From Bacillota bacterium (GTDB taxonomy: Bacteria; Planctomycetota; UBA8108; UBA1146): a DNA stretch of 64,000 bases. The position numbers and the translations under genes are program-made. How positions within the stretch are numbered: the stretch's first letter is position 1; each line of letters starts with the position of its first letter. Positions 17,681 to 27,124 of this stretch are shown one piece after another. The DNA lies in NCBI GenBank assembly GCA_003973385.1, contig QNYK01000108.1:3511-67510 (forward strand), read 5' to 3'. The notes beneath the pieces were generated by a model. That model was not told where the DNA came from and did no database searches. It worked only from the letters and a program-made list of their open reading frames with translations.

Positions 17681-19897
17681 CTACAGGAGGTTCTGCGGGT
17701 CGATGTCGAGGGTGATCCTGGTGGAGGCCCATCTGGGCTTCTGTGCCTGTGCAGCTCTGGCGACCTCGCGCAGTGGTCCGCGTTCAACACTCTTGATGAG
17801 CATGTGCTGGCGAAACCTACCGCGCAAGCGCTCGATCGGAGCGGGTGCTGGTCCGAGGATCTCGACCTCTGGATGATTCATCTCCTTCATCATCTCGGCC
17901 AGCGACATGGCGCTCTCCCTGGCCTTTTTCTCATCTTCGTCCTCGCAGAGCAGCCGAGCGAGATGGCCATGGGGGGGATATTTCAGCATCCTTCTGATCG
18001 AATCTTCCTCGTCGAGTAATCCGTCCAGATCCTGCCGGGAAGCACAACACAGCGCGTAATGTTCCGGCTGCTTGGTCTGGAGCACGACATGTCCTGGCGA
18101 TTCTCCTCTTCCTGCTCTCCCTGCTACCTGGCAGAGCAGTTGTGCAGTTCTCTCCGCGGAGCGGAAGTCAGGAAGCCCCAGTGCGATGTCCGCATCGAGG
18201 ACTCCTACCAGCGTGACCCCGGGAATGTCATGCCCCTTGGCGACCATCTGCGTGCCGACCAGGATCTGAGTCTCACCATCCCTGAATCGTCGTAGAATCG
18301 CCTCCATCCGGGAGGTACTGGTCACGGTATCCCTGTCGAGGCGGTCGATCTTTACCCCCGGGAACAGCGAATTGAGAGAATCCTCGATCCTCTCCGTTCC
18401 GGGAGAACGCTGCTGGATTCCGGTGAATTGGCAGTCGGGGCACTTTGAAGGGATCGGCCGATGCTCACCGCAGTAGTTGCACTGCGAACGCGACTTACCC
18501 TTGTGGAAGGTCAGCGGAATATCGCACTGATGGCACCGCAGATTAAAACCGCAGCGAGGACAGTGAATGTTGCGAGCGAAACCTCTTCGATTGAGGAACA
18601 GCAGCACCTGCTCATCTCGCTCAAGAGTGGCGCGGATCCTATCTATGAGAGGAATGGAAAACAGTCCGCCTCCGCCTACCGACTTGGCCTCCGCGCGGCG
18701 GTCGATCACCTCGACGGTGGCCAGAGGCCTGCCATTGGCTCGCTCGTCCAGCCGAAGTCGCTCGAATCTTCCGCGTCGAACATTTTCCAGAGACTCCATC
18801 GATGGAGTTGCCGATCCGAGTACACACGGGACCCCGAGGCGATGAGCACGCATCACTGCAACATCTCGTGCGTGATATCGAGGCGAGTTCTCCTGCTTGT
18901 ATGAGGACTCATGAGATTCGTCGACGATGATGATTCCCAGATCGGTGACGGGTGCAAAGACCGCACTCCGCGCACCCAGTGCGATCTTCACCTCTCCTTG
19001 TCGGAGTCGTTCGTAATGCACTGCTCGCTCCGAATCGGGAAGCATGGAGTGCAAGATGGCGACGGGCCCCAGCCGCTCTGTGAATCGTTCAACCGCCTGA
19101 GGCGTCAGTGCGATCTCCGGCAACAAGACGAGAGCGCCGCGACCCATCTCCAGCGCTCGCTGGACGCAGCGTATGTATACTTCGGTCTTGCCGCTGCCGG
19201 TGACGCCGTGGAGGAGGTAGGTCTGGTACTCCGGTTTTGACACCGAGGAACTGATCTTCTCGATGGCATCGATCTGCTGCTGATTCGGATCAAAGCTCGG
19301 GGAGATCAGGACAGTGGACGATCCGTTATCCTCACATCCGGGAGTGCCAAACTCAGGGGGCAGAGCATCGAAGATCTCGACAAGACCCCGACGAGCGAGA
19401 GTTTTCACGGGGCTGTCGCTGACGGAGCACTCGTCGACGAGCCGTTGCATCTGCCTGGGTGTCGCGGATTGACGAAGATGCTCGAGTACCTTCCTCCGCG
19501 CCTCGGGGACTTCACGGGTCAACTCGACTTGTTTTCCCTCGGGAGTCAACTTGACCCAGCGAACCGTTCGCACCCGACGAGTGCGCACCGGCCTGGGGAG
19601 AGCACACTCGATCACCTCGCCGATGCCGCAGAGGTAGTAATCGGCGGTCCACCGTAACAGATCGAGCAGTTCCGCCTCGATCTCTGCACCTTGAGCCACG
19701 ATCCCATCGATGTCGCGAAGCCTCGGATGAGGTGAGTGATCGGTCAAGTCGACGACCCAGCCGTGTCGCTTGGTGGGTCCGAATGGGACGAGGACCTGAA
19801 TACCGGGTCGGATCTTATCCTTCAGTGACTCGGGGATCCGGTAATCAAAGGGCTCGTGAAGGGGGATCGGCACTGCCACGCGTGCGATGCTGGTCAT
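17681..19897 (-). CDS. priA: Primosomal protein N' (replication restart helicase)
   Basis: 'FDYRIP', 'LHGVTGSGKTEVY', 'LLPEIALTPQ', 'DESHESSYKQ', four CxxC pairs, 'GTQMVAKGHD', 'QVAGRAGR'. ATG 19897 has an RBS; the track's N-terminal extension to 20272 is spurious. Confidence 0.97.
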   Translation of the reverse strand: MTSIARVAVPIPLHEPFDYRIPESLKDKIRPGIQVLVPFGPTKRHGWVVDLTDHSPHPRLRDIDGIVAQGAEIEAELLDLLRWTADYYLCGIGEVIECALPRPVRTRRVRTVRWVKLTPEGKQVELTREVPEARRKVLEHLRQSATPRQMQRLVDECSVSDSPVKTLARRGLVEIFDALPPEFGTPGCEDNGSSTVLISPSFDPNQQQIDAIEKISSSVSKPEYQTYLLHGVTGSGKTEVYIRCVQRALEMGRGALVLLPEIALTPQAVERFTERLGPVAILHSMLPDSERAVHYERLRQGEVKIALGARSAVFAPVTDLGIIIVDESHESSYKQENSPRYHARDVAVMRAHRLGVPCVLGSATPSMESLENVRRGRFERLRLDERANGRPLATVEVIDRRAEAKSVGGGGLFSIPLIDRIRATLERDEQVLLFLNRRGFARNIHCPRCGFNLRCHQCDIPLTFHKGKSRSQCNYCGEHRPIPSKCPDCQFTGIQQRSPGTERIEDSLNSLFPGVKIDRLDRDTVTSTSRMEAILRRFRDGETQILVGTQMVAKGHDIPGVTLVGVLDADIALGLPDFRSAERTAQLLCQVAGRAGRGESPGHVVLQTKQPEHYALCCASRQDLDGLLDEEDSIRRMLKYPPHGHLARLLCEDEDEKKARESAMSLAEMMKEMNHPEVEILGPAPAPIERLRGRFRQHMLIKSVERGPLREVARAAQAQKPRWASTRITLDIDPQNLL

Positions 19898-20083
19898 CTG
19901 ACAATCTCCCCTTCCCTCAGAACTGGATTCCTCGGCAATTTCCAGCCGTATCGTCACCGATGACAGATACTTGCGGCAAGGGGGAAGGGATTCCTTGAGA
20001 AGCGAGGCCTGGCGCGAGATGATGACAGATGCGTGAGATCCCCCCGATCGGGAGGAAGCGCACTGGCTACCCGGGAGATGATC

Positions 20084-20851
20084 ATGAGTCACGAGCCTGC
20101 GACCGCAAATGCCTGGTATCTCGACGCCTTTCGGGCGGAGTATCTGGAGGTCTATCCGTGGCGCGATCAGGCCTCCGCAGAGCAAGAGGTCGACCGCGCC
20201 CTGGAATGGCTCTCGGTCTCCCCTCAGGATCGAGTACTCGACCTCTGTTGTGGCGCTGGGCGGCATAGCCACTGGATCAGAAACAACTGTTCGCTGCTCT
20301 ATTCCCTCGATCTCTCGGAGAGCCTCTTGAAACGAGCCCGCTCGCAGCTGGGCCGTGATGCGGCGCTGGTGCGAGCCGATGTCCGCACCCTCCCCTTCGT
20401 CGATGCCAGTTTTGACCAGGTGCTGATGTTCTTCACTTCCTTTGGTTACTTCGCCACCGATGAAGAAAATGGATCGGTGCTGAAGGAGGTGGCGAGGGTG
20501 GTCCGGGTCGATGGTGGGTTACTTCTCGATCTGCCCGATAGAGATTCAACCATCGAGGGCCTGGTGGCGAGCAGCCACCGCAGCGAGGGGGATCTATCGA
20601 TCGAGGAGCATCGTTCTCTCTCTGTCGATGGCAAGAGAGTGGAGAAGTCGGTGGTTCTGGAGCGCGGTGGGAATGAACGTCGGTACACCGAATCGGTTCG
20701 GTTGTATCACTTCGATGAGATGGAGACGCTGTTGATTCAGGCTGGCTGGAAGATCTCAAATTGCCACGGCGACTGGCAAGGAGGTCGTTACATCTGCGGA
20801 GAATCTCCCCGCATGATCATGGTGGCCATGCGACAGGATGAAGATCGATGA
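20084..20851 (+). CDS. Class I SAM-dependent methyltransferase, candidate bacillithiol N-methyltransferase (NmbA-like)
   Basis: 'WY..AF..EYLEVY..RD', 'VLDLCCGAGRHS', 'FTSFGYF..DEEN..VL', 'ESVRLY'. Its stop overlaps the bshC start. Confidence 0.8.
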   Translation: MSHEPATANAWYLDAFRAEYLEVYPWRDQASAEQEVDRALEWLSVSPQDRVLDLCCGAGRHSHWIRNNCSLLYSLDLSESLLKRARSQLGRDAALVRADVRTLPFVDASFDQVLMFFTSFGYFATDEENGSVLKEVARVVRVDGGLLLDLPDRDSTIEGLVASSHRSEGDLSIEEHRSLSVDGKRVEKSVVLERGGNERRYTESVRLYHFDEMETLLIQAGWKISNCHGDWQGGRYICGESPRMIMVAMRQDEDR

Positions 20852-22425
20852 AGCACCACGACCCGCATCCACTGCTCGAGATTCTCCGTGGTTCCGACCG
20901 GGCGGCCAGCACCGCGCTCGGGATCGTCTCCATCGATCCTGACGAACTGGTGCAACGGACCAGAAGCAGAGAGCCGGACCCGACTCGGCGCGAGCAATTC
21001 CTGGAAGCGGTGCGCCCGAGGTGGGCAGGATTGGAACTTCCGCCCGCCGCCCGGGCAGCGGCGAGTCGGCTCGAGGATCCAGCGACCCGAATCGTCATCG
21101 CCGGCCATCAACCCGCGCTCTGGGGAGGACCACTGCTGGTGATCTCCAAGATTCTCTCGCTGTTGCACCTGGCAATCCAGATGGAGGCGGCAGGGATCCC
21201 GACGGTGCCGATCTTCTGGGTCGCTGACGATGATCACGACGGATCAGAACTCGATCCCGGGTCGTTCCACGATGAGAAGCAACTGGAGCAACCCTTTGCG
21301 AGCGGGCGACGCCCCATCTTCGACCTGAAGCATCCTCAGTTGCCAGCAGAGCGGTTAGCAGCACTCTCCGATGCTCTGGGAACGGCCCCTCATGCTCAGC
21401 AGGCGCTTCGCCTCGCATCTGGATCGATCTGTGCTTCCCCGGCGGAAGAGTTCATTTCATTCATCTCACACGTACTTCCTGATGCCGCGCTGTTGCCGGT
21501 GGTGCCGAGGTGGTTGCGCAGCTTGCAGACTCCCGTGATCGAGCAGGTACTCGATGATGTCGACCTCTACCGAGACCTGATCCAGCGATCCATCGATGAA
21601 CAGATCCAGTCGGGGGTCCCGGCACCGGTCCCGGCTCCGCGGGGAATGCCACTATTTGTCATCGACTCCGATGGCCTGCGGCGTCGGCCCGAGGAACAAG
21701 GGCTGTCGATCGACGATGTGCGGAGCATCGATCCGGATCGGATCTCCCCCGATGCGCTGCTGAGGACGGTGGTGCAGGACCAGGTGATCGACCCGGCTGC
21801 GGTGGTCCTGGGTCCTACCGAACTCTGCTACGCCATCGAGACACGCGCGGTTCGTCAACACCACGGTTGGTCCAGTCCGATGTGGCTGCCCAGACCACGG
21901 CTTCGCCCCGTCTCGTTGGCGCTGATCGAGCAACTCGTCGACGAGGGAGTCGACAGGGATCAGATCCACCCCGGGGCGGTTGCAGCCGATCTGATCCGCT
22001 GTGAGGTAGCGACACGGGAGGCGACCCAGATCGCCAGTCTCGGTCAGGACCTGATCCAGAAGGTCGAGGGGCTCGTATCGAACCCGGATGCGACCGCTGC
22101 GCTGCGCCGTCGTGCGCGCCGGCTGGTCAGGACCTGGAGGCGCCAGTTCCAGCGCCTGGAGACCTCGGTCGAGGGGCAATTGGTCGGACCGACCGTCGAG
22201 GTGAAGCGCCAGAGGGTCACCGCGCTGCTCGAACTGCTGTTTCCGGATGGCCGCGAGCCGGAGCGATGCCGCAACATTCTCGATCTGATCGGTCACCATG
22301 GAATCGATGTGATCGAGCGAATGAGGCGTGCGTTGGAGATGGAGGATTCGCCCTGGGATGGGGCGATTCTCGAGTTCCCGGGCGAGAAGGTGACGGATAA
22401 GGAGAATCTCGATGTGCAGTGTTGA
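20848..22425 (+). CDS. bshC: Bacillithiol biosynthesis cysteine-adding enzyme BshC
   Basis: 'AGHQPALWGGPL...K', 'PIFWVADDDHD', 'SPDALLR..VQD......V.GPTELCY', 'PRP', 'LFPDG..PER'. Adjacent to bshB1 and bshA. Confidence 0.85.
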   Translation: MKHHDPHPLLEILRGSDRAASTALGIVSIDPDELVQRTRSREPDPTRREQFLEAVRPRWAGLELPPAARAAASRLEDPATRIVIAGHQPALWGGPLLVISKILSLLHLAIQMEAAGIPTVPIFWVADDDHDGSELDPGSFHDEKQLEQPFASGRRPIFDLKHPQLPAERLAALSDALGTAPHAQQALRLASGSICASPAEEFISFISHVLPDAALLPVVPRWLRSLQTPVIEQVLDDVDLYRDLIQRSIDEQIQSGVPAPVPAPRGMPLFVIDSDGLRRRPEEQGLSIDDVRSIDPDRISPDALLRTVVQDQVIDPAAVVLGPTELCYAIETRAVRQHHGWSSPMWLPRPRLRPVSLALIEQLVDEGVDRDQIHPGAVAADLIRCEVATREATQIASLGQDLIQKVEGLVSNPDATAALRRRARRLVRTWRRQFQRLETSVEGQLVGPTVEVKRQRVTALLELLFPDGREPERCRNILDLIGHHGIDVIERMRRALEMEDSPWDGAILEFPGEKVTDKENLDVQC

Positions 22426-23191
22426 GCAGAAACTGGACCTGCTGGTCATCGCGGCTCATCCAGACGATGCAGAGATCGCCATGGGGGGGACGATCCTCGC
22501 CACCATCGCCAGTGGTGCGAGGGTCGGCATCGTGGACCTGACCCGAGGAGAACTGTCGAGTCGAGGTACTCCCGAACTGCGCGCCGAGGAGACGGCGCGA
22601 GCGACAGAGATGCTCGGGGTTCATTGGCGAAGTTGCCTCGGTTTTGCCGACGGATCGGTTCGAGACGACGACCCATCTCGCGAGGCTCTCGTCGAGGTGA
22701 TGCGTCAGACGAGACCCAGGGTTGTGCTGGCTCCCTGGAAGGACGATCTGCATCCAGATCATGCCGGAGCCGGGCTGCTCGCATACCGCAGCCTCTATCT
22801 GGGAGGCGTTCGCCTCTATCCGTCAGGAACCGGGAGTCATCTTCAGCACCGGGCGTCTGCGCTCGGTTACTACATGTGCCATACCCCATTCGAGCCAGGC
22901 GTGATCGTCGATGTCAGCGAGTACTGGAATCGCAAGATGGAGGTGGTGAACTGCTATCGATCTCAGTTCTACGACCCGTCTCACCAGGGAGTGCCGACCA
23001 AGATCTCCCAGCCCGGTTTCATGGCTGCCGTCGAAGGTCGAGCTCGTGAACTCGGTACCCGTGCGGGAGTAGAACTGGGCGAGGCGATCGTGTGGCAGGA
23101 TCCACCTGCAGTGGCCAACCCAGTCGATCTTGTCGTCGGCAAGGGACTCTCTTCGAACCGCGAAGAGGACACCATGGGTGGCGATCGATGA
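22412..23191 (+). CDS. bshB1: GlcNAc-malate deacetylase BshB1 (PIG-L family)
   Basis: 'AAHPDDAE..MGGT', 'DLTRGELSSRGT', 'DLHPDH', 'YRSQF', 'TKIS...F'. Confidence 0.92.
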   Translation: MCSVEQKLDLLVIAAHPDDAEIAMGGTILATIASGARVGIVDLTRGELSSRGTPELRAEETARATEMLGVHWRSCLGFADGSVRDDDPSREALVEVMRQTRPRVVLAPWKDDLHPDHAGAGLLAYRSLYLGGVRLYPSGTGSHLQHRASALGYYMCHTPFEPGVIVDVSEYWNRKMEVVNCYRSQFYDPSHQGVPTKISQPGFMAAVEGRARELGTRAGVELGEAIVWQDPPAVANPVDLVVGKGLSSNREEDTMGGDR

Positions 23192-24312
23192 AGATAGCGA
23201 TGGCGTGTCATCCGACTCATGGCGGTAGTGGTGTAGTAGCGGCAGAACTGGGCATGAGACTCGCAGCCCGTGGCAACGAGGTCCATTTCGTCTCCTACGA
23301 AAGGCCCTTTCGCCTCGATCCCCTGACCCGGGGCATTCATTTTCACGAGGTCGAGGTTTCCTCCTATCCACTGTTTCGCTATCCCCCCTATGCGCTGGCG
23401 CTGGCCAACGAGTTGCTTCAGGTGGTCAAGTGCGAGGGAGTCGAGATCATCCATGCTCATTACGCCATCCCGCACTCGCTGGCCGCAGTGCTGGCACGAA
23501 GCATGATTCCGGAAAGCGGAGTGAAGGTGGTCACGACGCTTCATGGCACCGACATCACGCTGGTCGGGTCAGATCCATCCTACGCAGGGATCACGCGCTG
23601 GGCGATCGAGCAGAGTGATCGGGTGACGGTGGTCAGCGATTGGCTCGCCAGTGCCACGCATGAAAAACTGGCTCCAGACCAGAATCTCAAGACGATTCCC
23701 AATGCTGTAGATTCCAAGATCTTCTCGCCGCAACAGGCAAATCCGCAGTTGCGGGCGCGCTTTGCCGCGCCGGAGGAACTGCTGGTGGCTCATGTCAGTA
23801 ATTTTCGACCGGTCAAGAGAGTCCAGGATGTTGTCAGCGCCTTCGCACGTGCGACGCGAGATAGTTCCGCAAGACTGCTGATGATCGGCCAGGGTCCAGA
23901 TCTATCGCTGGCTCAGGATCAGGCCCGCAAACTGGGAGTTTCCGAGAAGATCTGCTGGCTTGGCCCCATCGATGACATCGCCTCTCTACTGGCTTGCTGT
24001 GATCTGTTTCTGCTGCCGAGTGAAAGCGAATCCTTCGGCCTGGCAGCATTGGAGGCGATGGCATCGGGACTACCGGTGGTGTCGACTCTATCGGGGGGAA
24101 TACCCGATGTCGTCACTGCGGGAGAAACGGGATACCTGGCCGAGGTGGGTGATGTGGATTCGCTCGCAGAGCATTGCCGGGTGTTACTCACAGATGCACA
24201 ACTGCGAGCGAAGATGTCAGAAACAGCACGACTGAAGGCGACCGAGCAATTCGGCTGGGATCAGGTGTTGAGAGAATACGAGAAGACCTACGAAGAACTG
24301 CTCTCTCCATGA
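23188..24312 (+). CDS. bshA: GlcNAc-malate synthase BshA (GT4)
   Basis: 'CHPTHGGSGVVAAELG', 'YPLFRYPPY', 'HAHYAIPH', 'TTLHGTDITLVG', 'SNFRPVKR', 'ESFGLAALEAM'. ATG 23188 overlaps the bshB1 stop. Confidence 0.96.
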   Translation: MKIAMACHPTHGGSGVVAAELGMRLAARGNEVHFVSYERPFRLDPLTRGIHFHEVEVSSYPLFRYPPYALALANELLQVVKCEGVEIIHAHYAIPHSLAAVLARSMIPESGVKVVTTLHGTDITLVGSDPSYAGITRWAIEQSDRVTVVSDWLASATHEKLAPDQNLKTIPNAVDSKIFSPQQANPQLRARFAAPEELLVAHVSNFRPVKRVQDVVSAFARATRDSSARLLMIGQGPDLSLAQDQARKLGVSEKICWLGPIDDIASLLACCDLFLLPSESESFGLAALEAMASGLPVVSTLSGGIPDVVTAGETGYLAEVGDVDSLAEHCRVLLTDAQLRAKMSETARLKATEQFGWDQVLREYEKTYEELLSP

Positions 24313-24830
24313 GGGTGAGGAGATTCGGCAGCGTCCCTGGTCTTTCCGATGGATCCACCGGCGATCTCGACTGCATGGGGAATGGCGGGCCAGATCGCCT
24401 CCAGACATTCGTCGACCGCCTTCGGATTGCCCGGGAGATTGATGACCAGGCAACTGTCGATCAAGCCCGCTGCTGCGCGTGACAGGATGGCGGTCGGTAC
24501 CGCTTCCCAACTTGCTGCTCTCATCTTCTCGCCGAAGCCGGGCAGCATCCGATCGCAGCACAGAGTCATCGCTTCGGGTGTGATGTCCCTGGGGCCGATG
24601 CCAGTACCGCCGGTGGTCACCACCAGTGCGCAACGGGTGGCCATGTCATTGAGGCACTCACACACCTGATCGAGTTCATCGGGAACCGTGACCTGCTCGA
24701 ACTCGATCGGATCGAGCAGCCTGGGCTGCAGCCAGTGGCAGACCGCCGGACCTCCCAGGTCCTCGTATTCGCCTTGAAAAACCCGATCCGAGACGGTCAA
24801 GACCCCGATGGGGCCGAACTTCGCTGACAT
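24288..24830 (-). CDS. mog: Molybdopterin adenylyltransferase MogA
   Basis: 'LTVSDR...YEDLGG', 'VPDE', 'TTGGTGIGPRDITPEA', 'PGFGE.MR', 'LSRA', 'INLPGNPKA'. Its 3' end overlaps the bshA 3' end by 25 nt. Confidence 0.92.
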   Translation of the reverse strand: MSAKFGPIGVLTVSDRVFQGEYEDLGGPAVCHWLQPRLLDPIEFEQVTVPDELDQVCECLNDMATRCALVVTTGGTGIGPRDITPEAMTLCCDRMLPGFGEKMRAASWEAVPTAILSRAAAGLIDSCLVINLPGNPKAVDECLEAIWPAIPHAVEIAGGSIGKTRDAAESPHPHGESSSS

Positions 24831-25063
24831 ATTCAATCCTCCGGGAAAGATCGTAAATCAGGATGAGAAAAGGAGAAAGGGGCCTCAGGGTGGGTCACTC
24901 TCGGACCAATTCTGTCAAGATGGAAGAAAATCGGGCTTTTGGGGGGGAATTTCAGTTCCAACGGCGTCATCCTGGTAACTACTGAGGTGGTAGACCCCGT
25001 GGTGCTCCCTGGCGGGTACTGGCTGTTCCGGATCAGGGTCGACTTCTCGGAGGAAGGATACTC

Positions 25064-25744
25064 ATGCGTGCTTTCAGTCTGATTCTCGCCATTGCCTTTG
25101 TCGTGACGACCACCGGCTGGATCGTTGGTCAGTCCAATGAGGGTGCCCGTAGACCTCTCGATCTCCCATCCGGCGGCGCTGGAGATGGCGACGACGATGA
25201 GGATGCCCCCGAGACGATCAATTTCTGGGGTGGAGAATACGAGGGCGATGCCTTCTTCTGGTGCCTCGACAAGTCGTGCTCGATGGGCTGGAACGGTGAG
25301 ATCCAGCAGCTCAAGCAGGAGTTCACCCAGACCCTCAACTCCCTCTCTTCCCAGGCGGAGTTCGGAGTTGTGGCCTTCTCCGAGGGGCACATCTCGTGGA
25401 ATCCGTCGCCTCAGCGGGCCAACCCGGCCAACAAGGGATCCGCCACCGCATGGGTGCTGGCTCTCAACGCTGCGGGTTGGACCTGCATCGGTCCTGCTGG
25501 AGTCGAGACTCTCAACATCGCCAATCAGTGTTCGAAGCAGATGAAGCAGGTGCTGATACTCTCCGATGGCGAGCCGTACTGCAACGGTGCCAATACGGCG
25601 ACGCAGAGTCTGGCCGACATCACCGCTGCGAACTGGCAGCGAATTCCCGTCAATACCATCTACATCGCGACCGACAACGGCGGCATCACATTCATGCAAC
25701 AGTTGGCGTCGCAGAACAACGGAACCTTCTTCCAGCCGCAGTAA
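25064..25744 (+). CDS. Exported stand-alone vWA domain protein (paralog 1)
   Basis: Signal peptide, MIDAS 'LDKSCSM', 'GWT', 'ILSDGEP', 'FMQQLASQNNGTF'. GGAGG RBS. Confidence 0.85.
   Translation: MRAFSLILAIAFVVTTTGWIVGQSNEGARRPLDLPSGGAGDGDDDEDAPETINFWGGEYEGDAFFWCLDKSCSMGWNGEIQQLKQEFTQTLNSLSSQAEFGVVAFSEGHISWNPSPQRANPANKGSATAWVLALNAAGWTCIGPAGVETLNIANQCSKQMKQVLILSDGEPYCNGANTATQSLADITAANWQRIPVNTIYIATDNGGITFMQQLASQNNGTFFQPQ
25256..25291 (+). repeat. Near-identical DNA block shared by the two vWA paralogs (second copy 27398..27433)
   Basis: TTCTGGTGCCTCGACAAGTC-nn-GCTCGATGGGCTGG at both sites. Confidence 0.8.
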
Positions 25745-25860
25745 TCTGCAGCCAGAGAGAAGGAAGTACCCAGGAATAACGGGTCGGCACTGATCTGGTG
25801 CCGACCCGTTCTTCACATCTGCTGATCCGAGGAACCGAGGAACCGAACCGAGGAATCGAA

Positions 25861-26811
25861 ATGGGTCAGAAGATCTTCTGCTTCGGCGCCGTGGTGGTGG
25901 ATCTCATCGCCCAGGATGTTGCCGTGATTCCCGGTCCCGGCGACTCTGCACGGAGCGGATCCATCCATCTGGCCATCGGTGGCTGCGCCGCCAATACCGC
26001 AACCGGCCTGGCTCGCCTCGGACATCAGGTGCGACTCTGCGGAGCCGTCGGAGATGATCATCTGGGCGACTTTCTGCGAGGGGGTCTGGAGCAGGAGGGT
26101 GTGGATCTGAGACATTTCTCGGTTCACCCGGGGGTGCAGACGGGAGCCACCTTTGTCATCAATGTCGAGGGCGAGGACCGCCGTTTCATCTCCGCAACCG
26201 GAGCCAACGACGAACCCTGGCCCGAGAAGTTTGACACCGCCGCCCTCGAAGATGCTGCAGTCGTATCCTTCCACGCTTATGGACTGGCAAGGCGACCGGA
26301 TGTCGAGGACGCGAGCCGCATCCTGAAGGCTGCTCGCTCTGTGGGCGCCATCACACTGCTGGATGTGATCGTGATTCCAGGAGAGGACCTGTTGCCCGAC
26401 CTGAGAGTACTCTTGCCACTGGTCGATGGTTTCTTCCCCAATGATGATGAAGCGAGGCGGCTGACAGGCAGAGCCGATCCCGCGCAAGCGGCAGCCTGTC
26501 TCAGGGATCTGGGAGCCTCCACGGTGGTCGTGACCTGCGGAGATCGTGGGCTGGTTTGGCACTCCCCGGAGGGATGCGGGTCGCTGGCAGCGCTGACTGT
26601 CGAGACCGTCGATGCGACCGGATGTGGAGATGCGTTTGGTGCAGGTTTCATCGACGCGCATCTTCGCGATGGTGCCCTGAAGGAGAAATTGATCTGTGGC
26701 ACCGTCCTGGGAGCCGCCGTTGCGACCGCCTCAGGTGCCATCGATGGCCTGCCTGATCGATCTCGATTCGACTCGATGATGCAGGCCGGGGTGCCTCACC
26801 TCGTCAGTTGA
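25861..26811 (+). CDS. PfkB family carbohydrate kinase
   Basis: 'GGCAANTATGLARLG', 'GAVGDDHLG', 'PNDDEA', 'VDATGCGDAFGAGF'. Confidence 0.92.
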   Translation: MGQKIFCFGAVVVDLIAQDVAVIPGPGDSARSGSIHLAIGGCAANTATGLARLGHQVRLCGAVGDDHLGDFLRGGLEQEGVDLRHFSVHPGVQTGATFVINVEGEDRRFISATGANDEPWPEKFDTAALEDAAVVSFHAYGLARRPDVEDASRILKAARSVGAITLLDVIVIPGEDLLPDLRVLLPLVDGFFPNDDEARRLTGRADPAQAAACLRDLGASTVVVTCGDRGLVWHSPEGCGSLAALTVETVDATGCGDAFGAGFIDAHLRDGALKEKLICGTVLGAAVATASGAIDGLPDRSRFDSMMQAGVPHLVS

Positions 26812-26820
26812 CCCGAGCCC

Positions 26821-26843
26821 GCATCGGCAATTCCTGCCGATGC
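26821..26843. terminator. Stem-loop after the pfkB-family gene (no U-tract)
   Basis: GCATCGGCA-attcc-TGCCGATGC, perfect 9-bp stem 10 nt after the stop. Confidence 0.4.
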
Positions 26844-27124
26844 CAGATCGCCCCGATTCCGCGCTGGTGAACCAAATCACCATGGCGCAATTATCGTGCC
26901 CGGAATCGGACAAAATCGCTCGGTACAGAGGGGCCAAAAGCGCAAGAATAGGGGATCTTTACTGGCCGGCGAGACACACCGGATCTGCTCTTCCAGACAG
27001 ACAAGACGATTCAGTCCGCTGGGCTGAGACCGCGATCTCTCGAGATGGCGCATCTCCCACGCATCCGGGCTGTCGTCGGTGAAAACAGAAGAGACGGTCC
27101 GAGCCGTCCCGAAAAGGAATCAAC

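Noticed and set aside
19898-20272. N-terminal extensions in the ORF track (priA to 20272; also hup from 17054, M20 from 33318, TrmH from 52227)
   Set aside because: Homology motifs and RBS-like sequences start at downstream codons, and several extensions overlap neighbouring genes.
24837-25063. Possible riboswitch/ncRNA in intergenic gaps (also 26844..27124, 17030..17338, 57296..57508)
   Set aside because: Only short generic hairpins; I could not match Moco, c-di-GMP or other known motifs by eye. An Rfam/Infernal scan would settle it.
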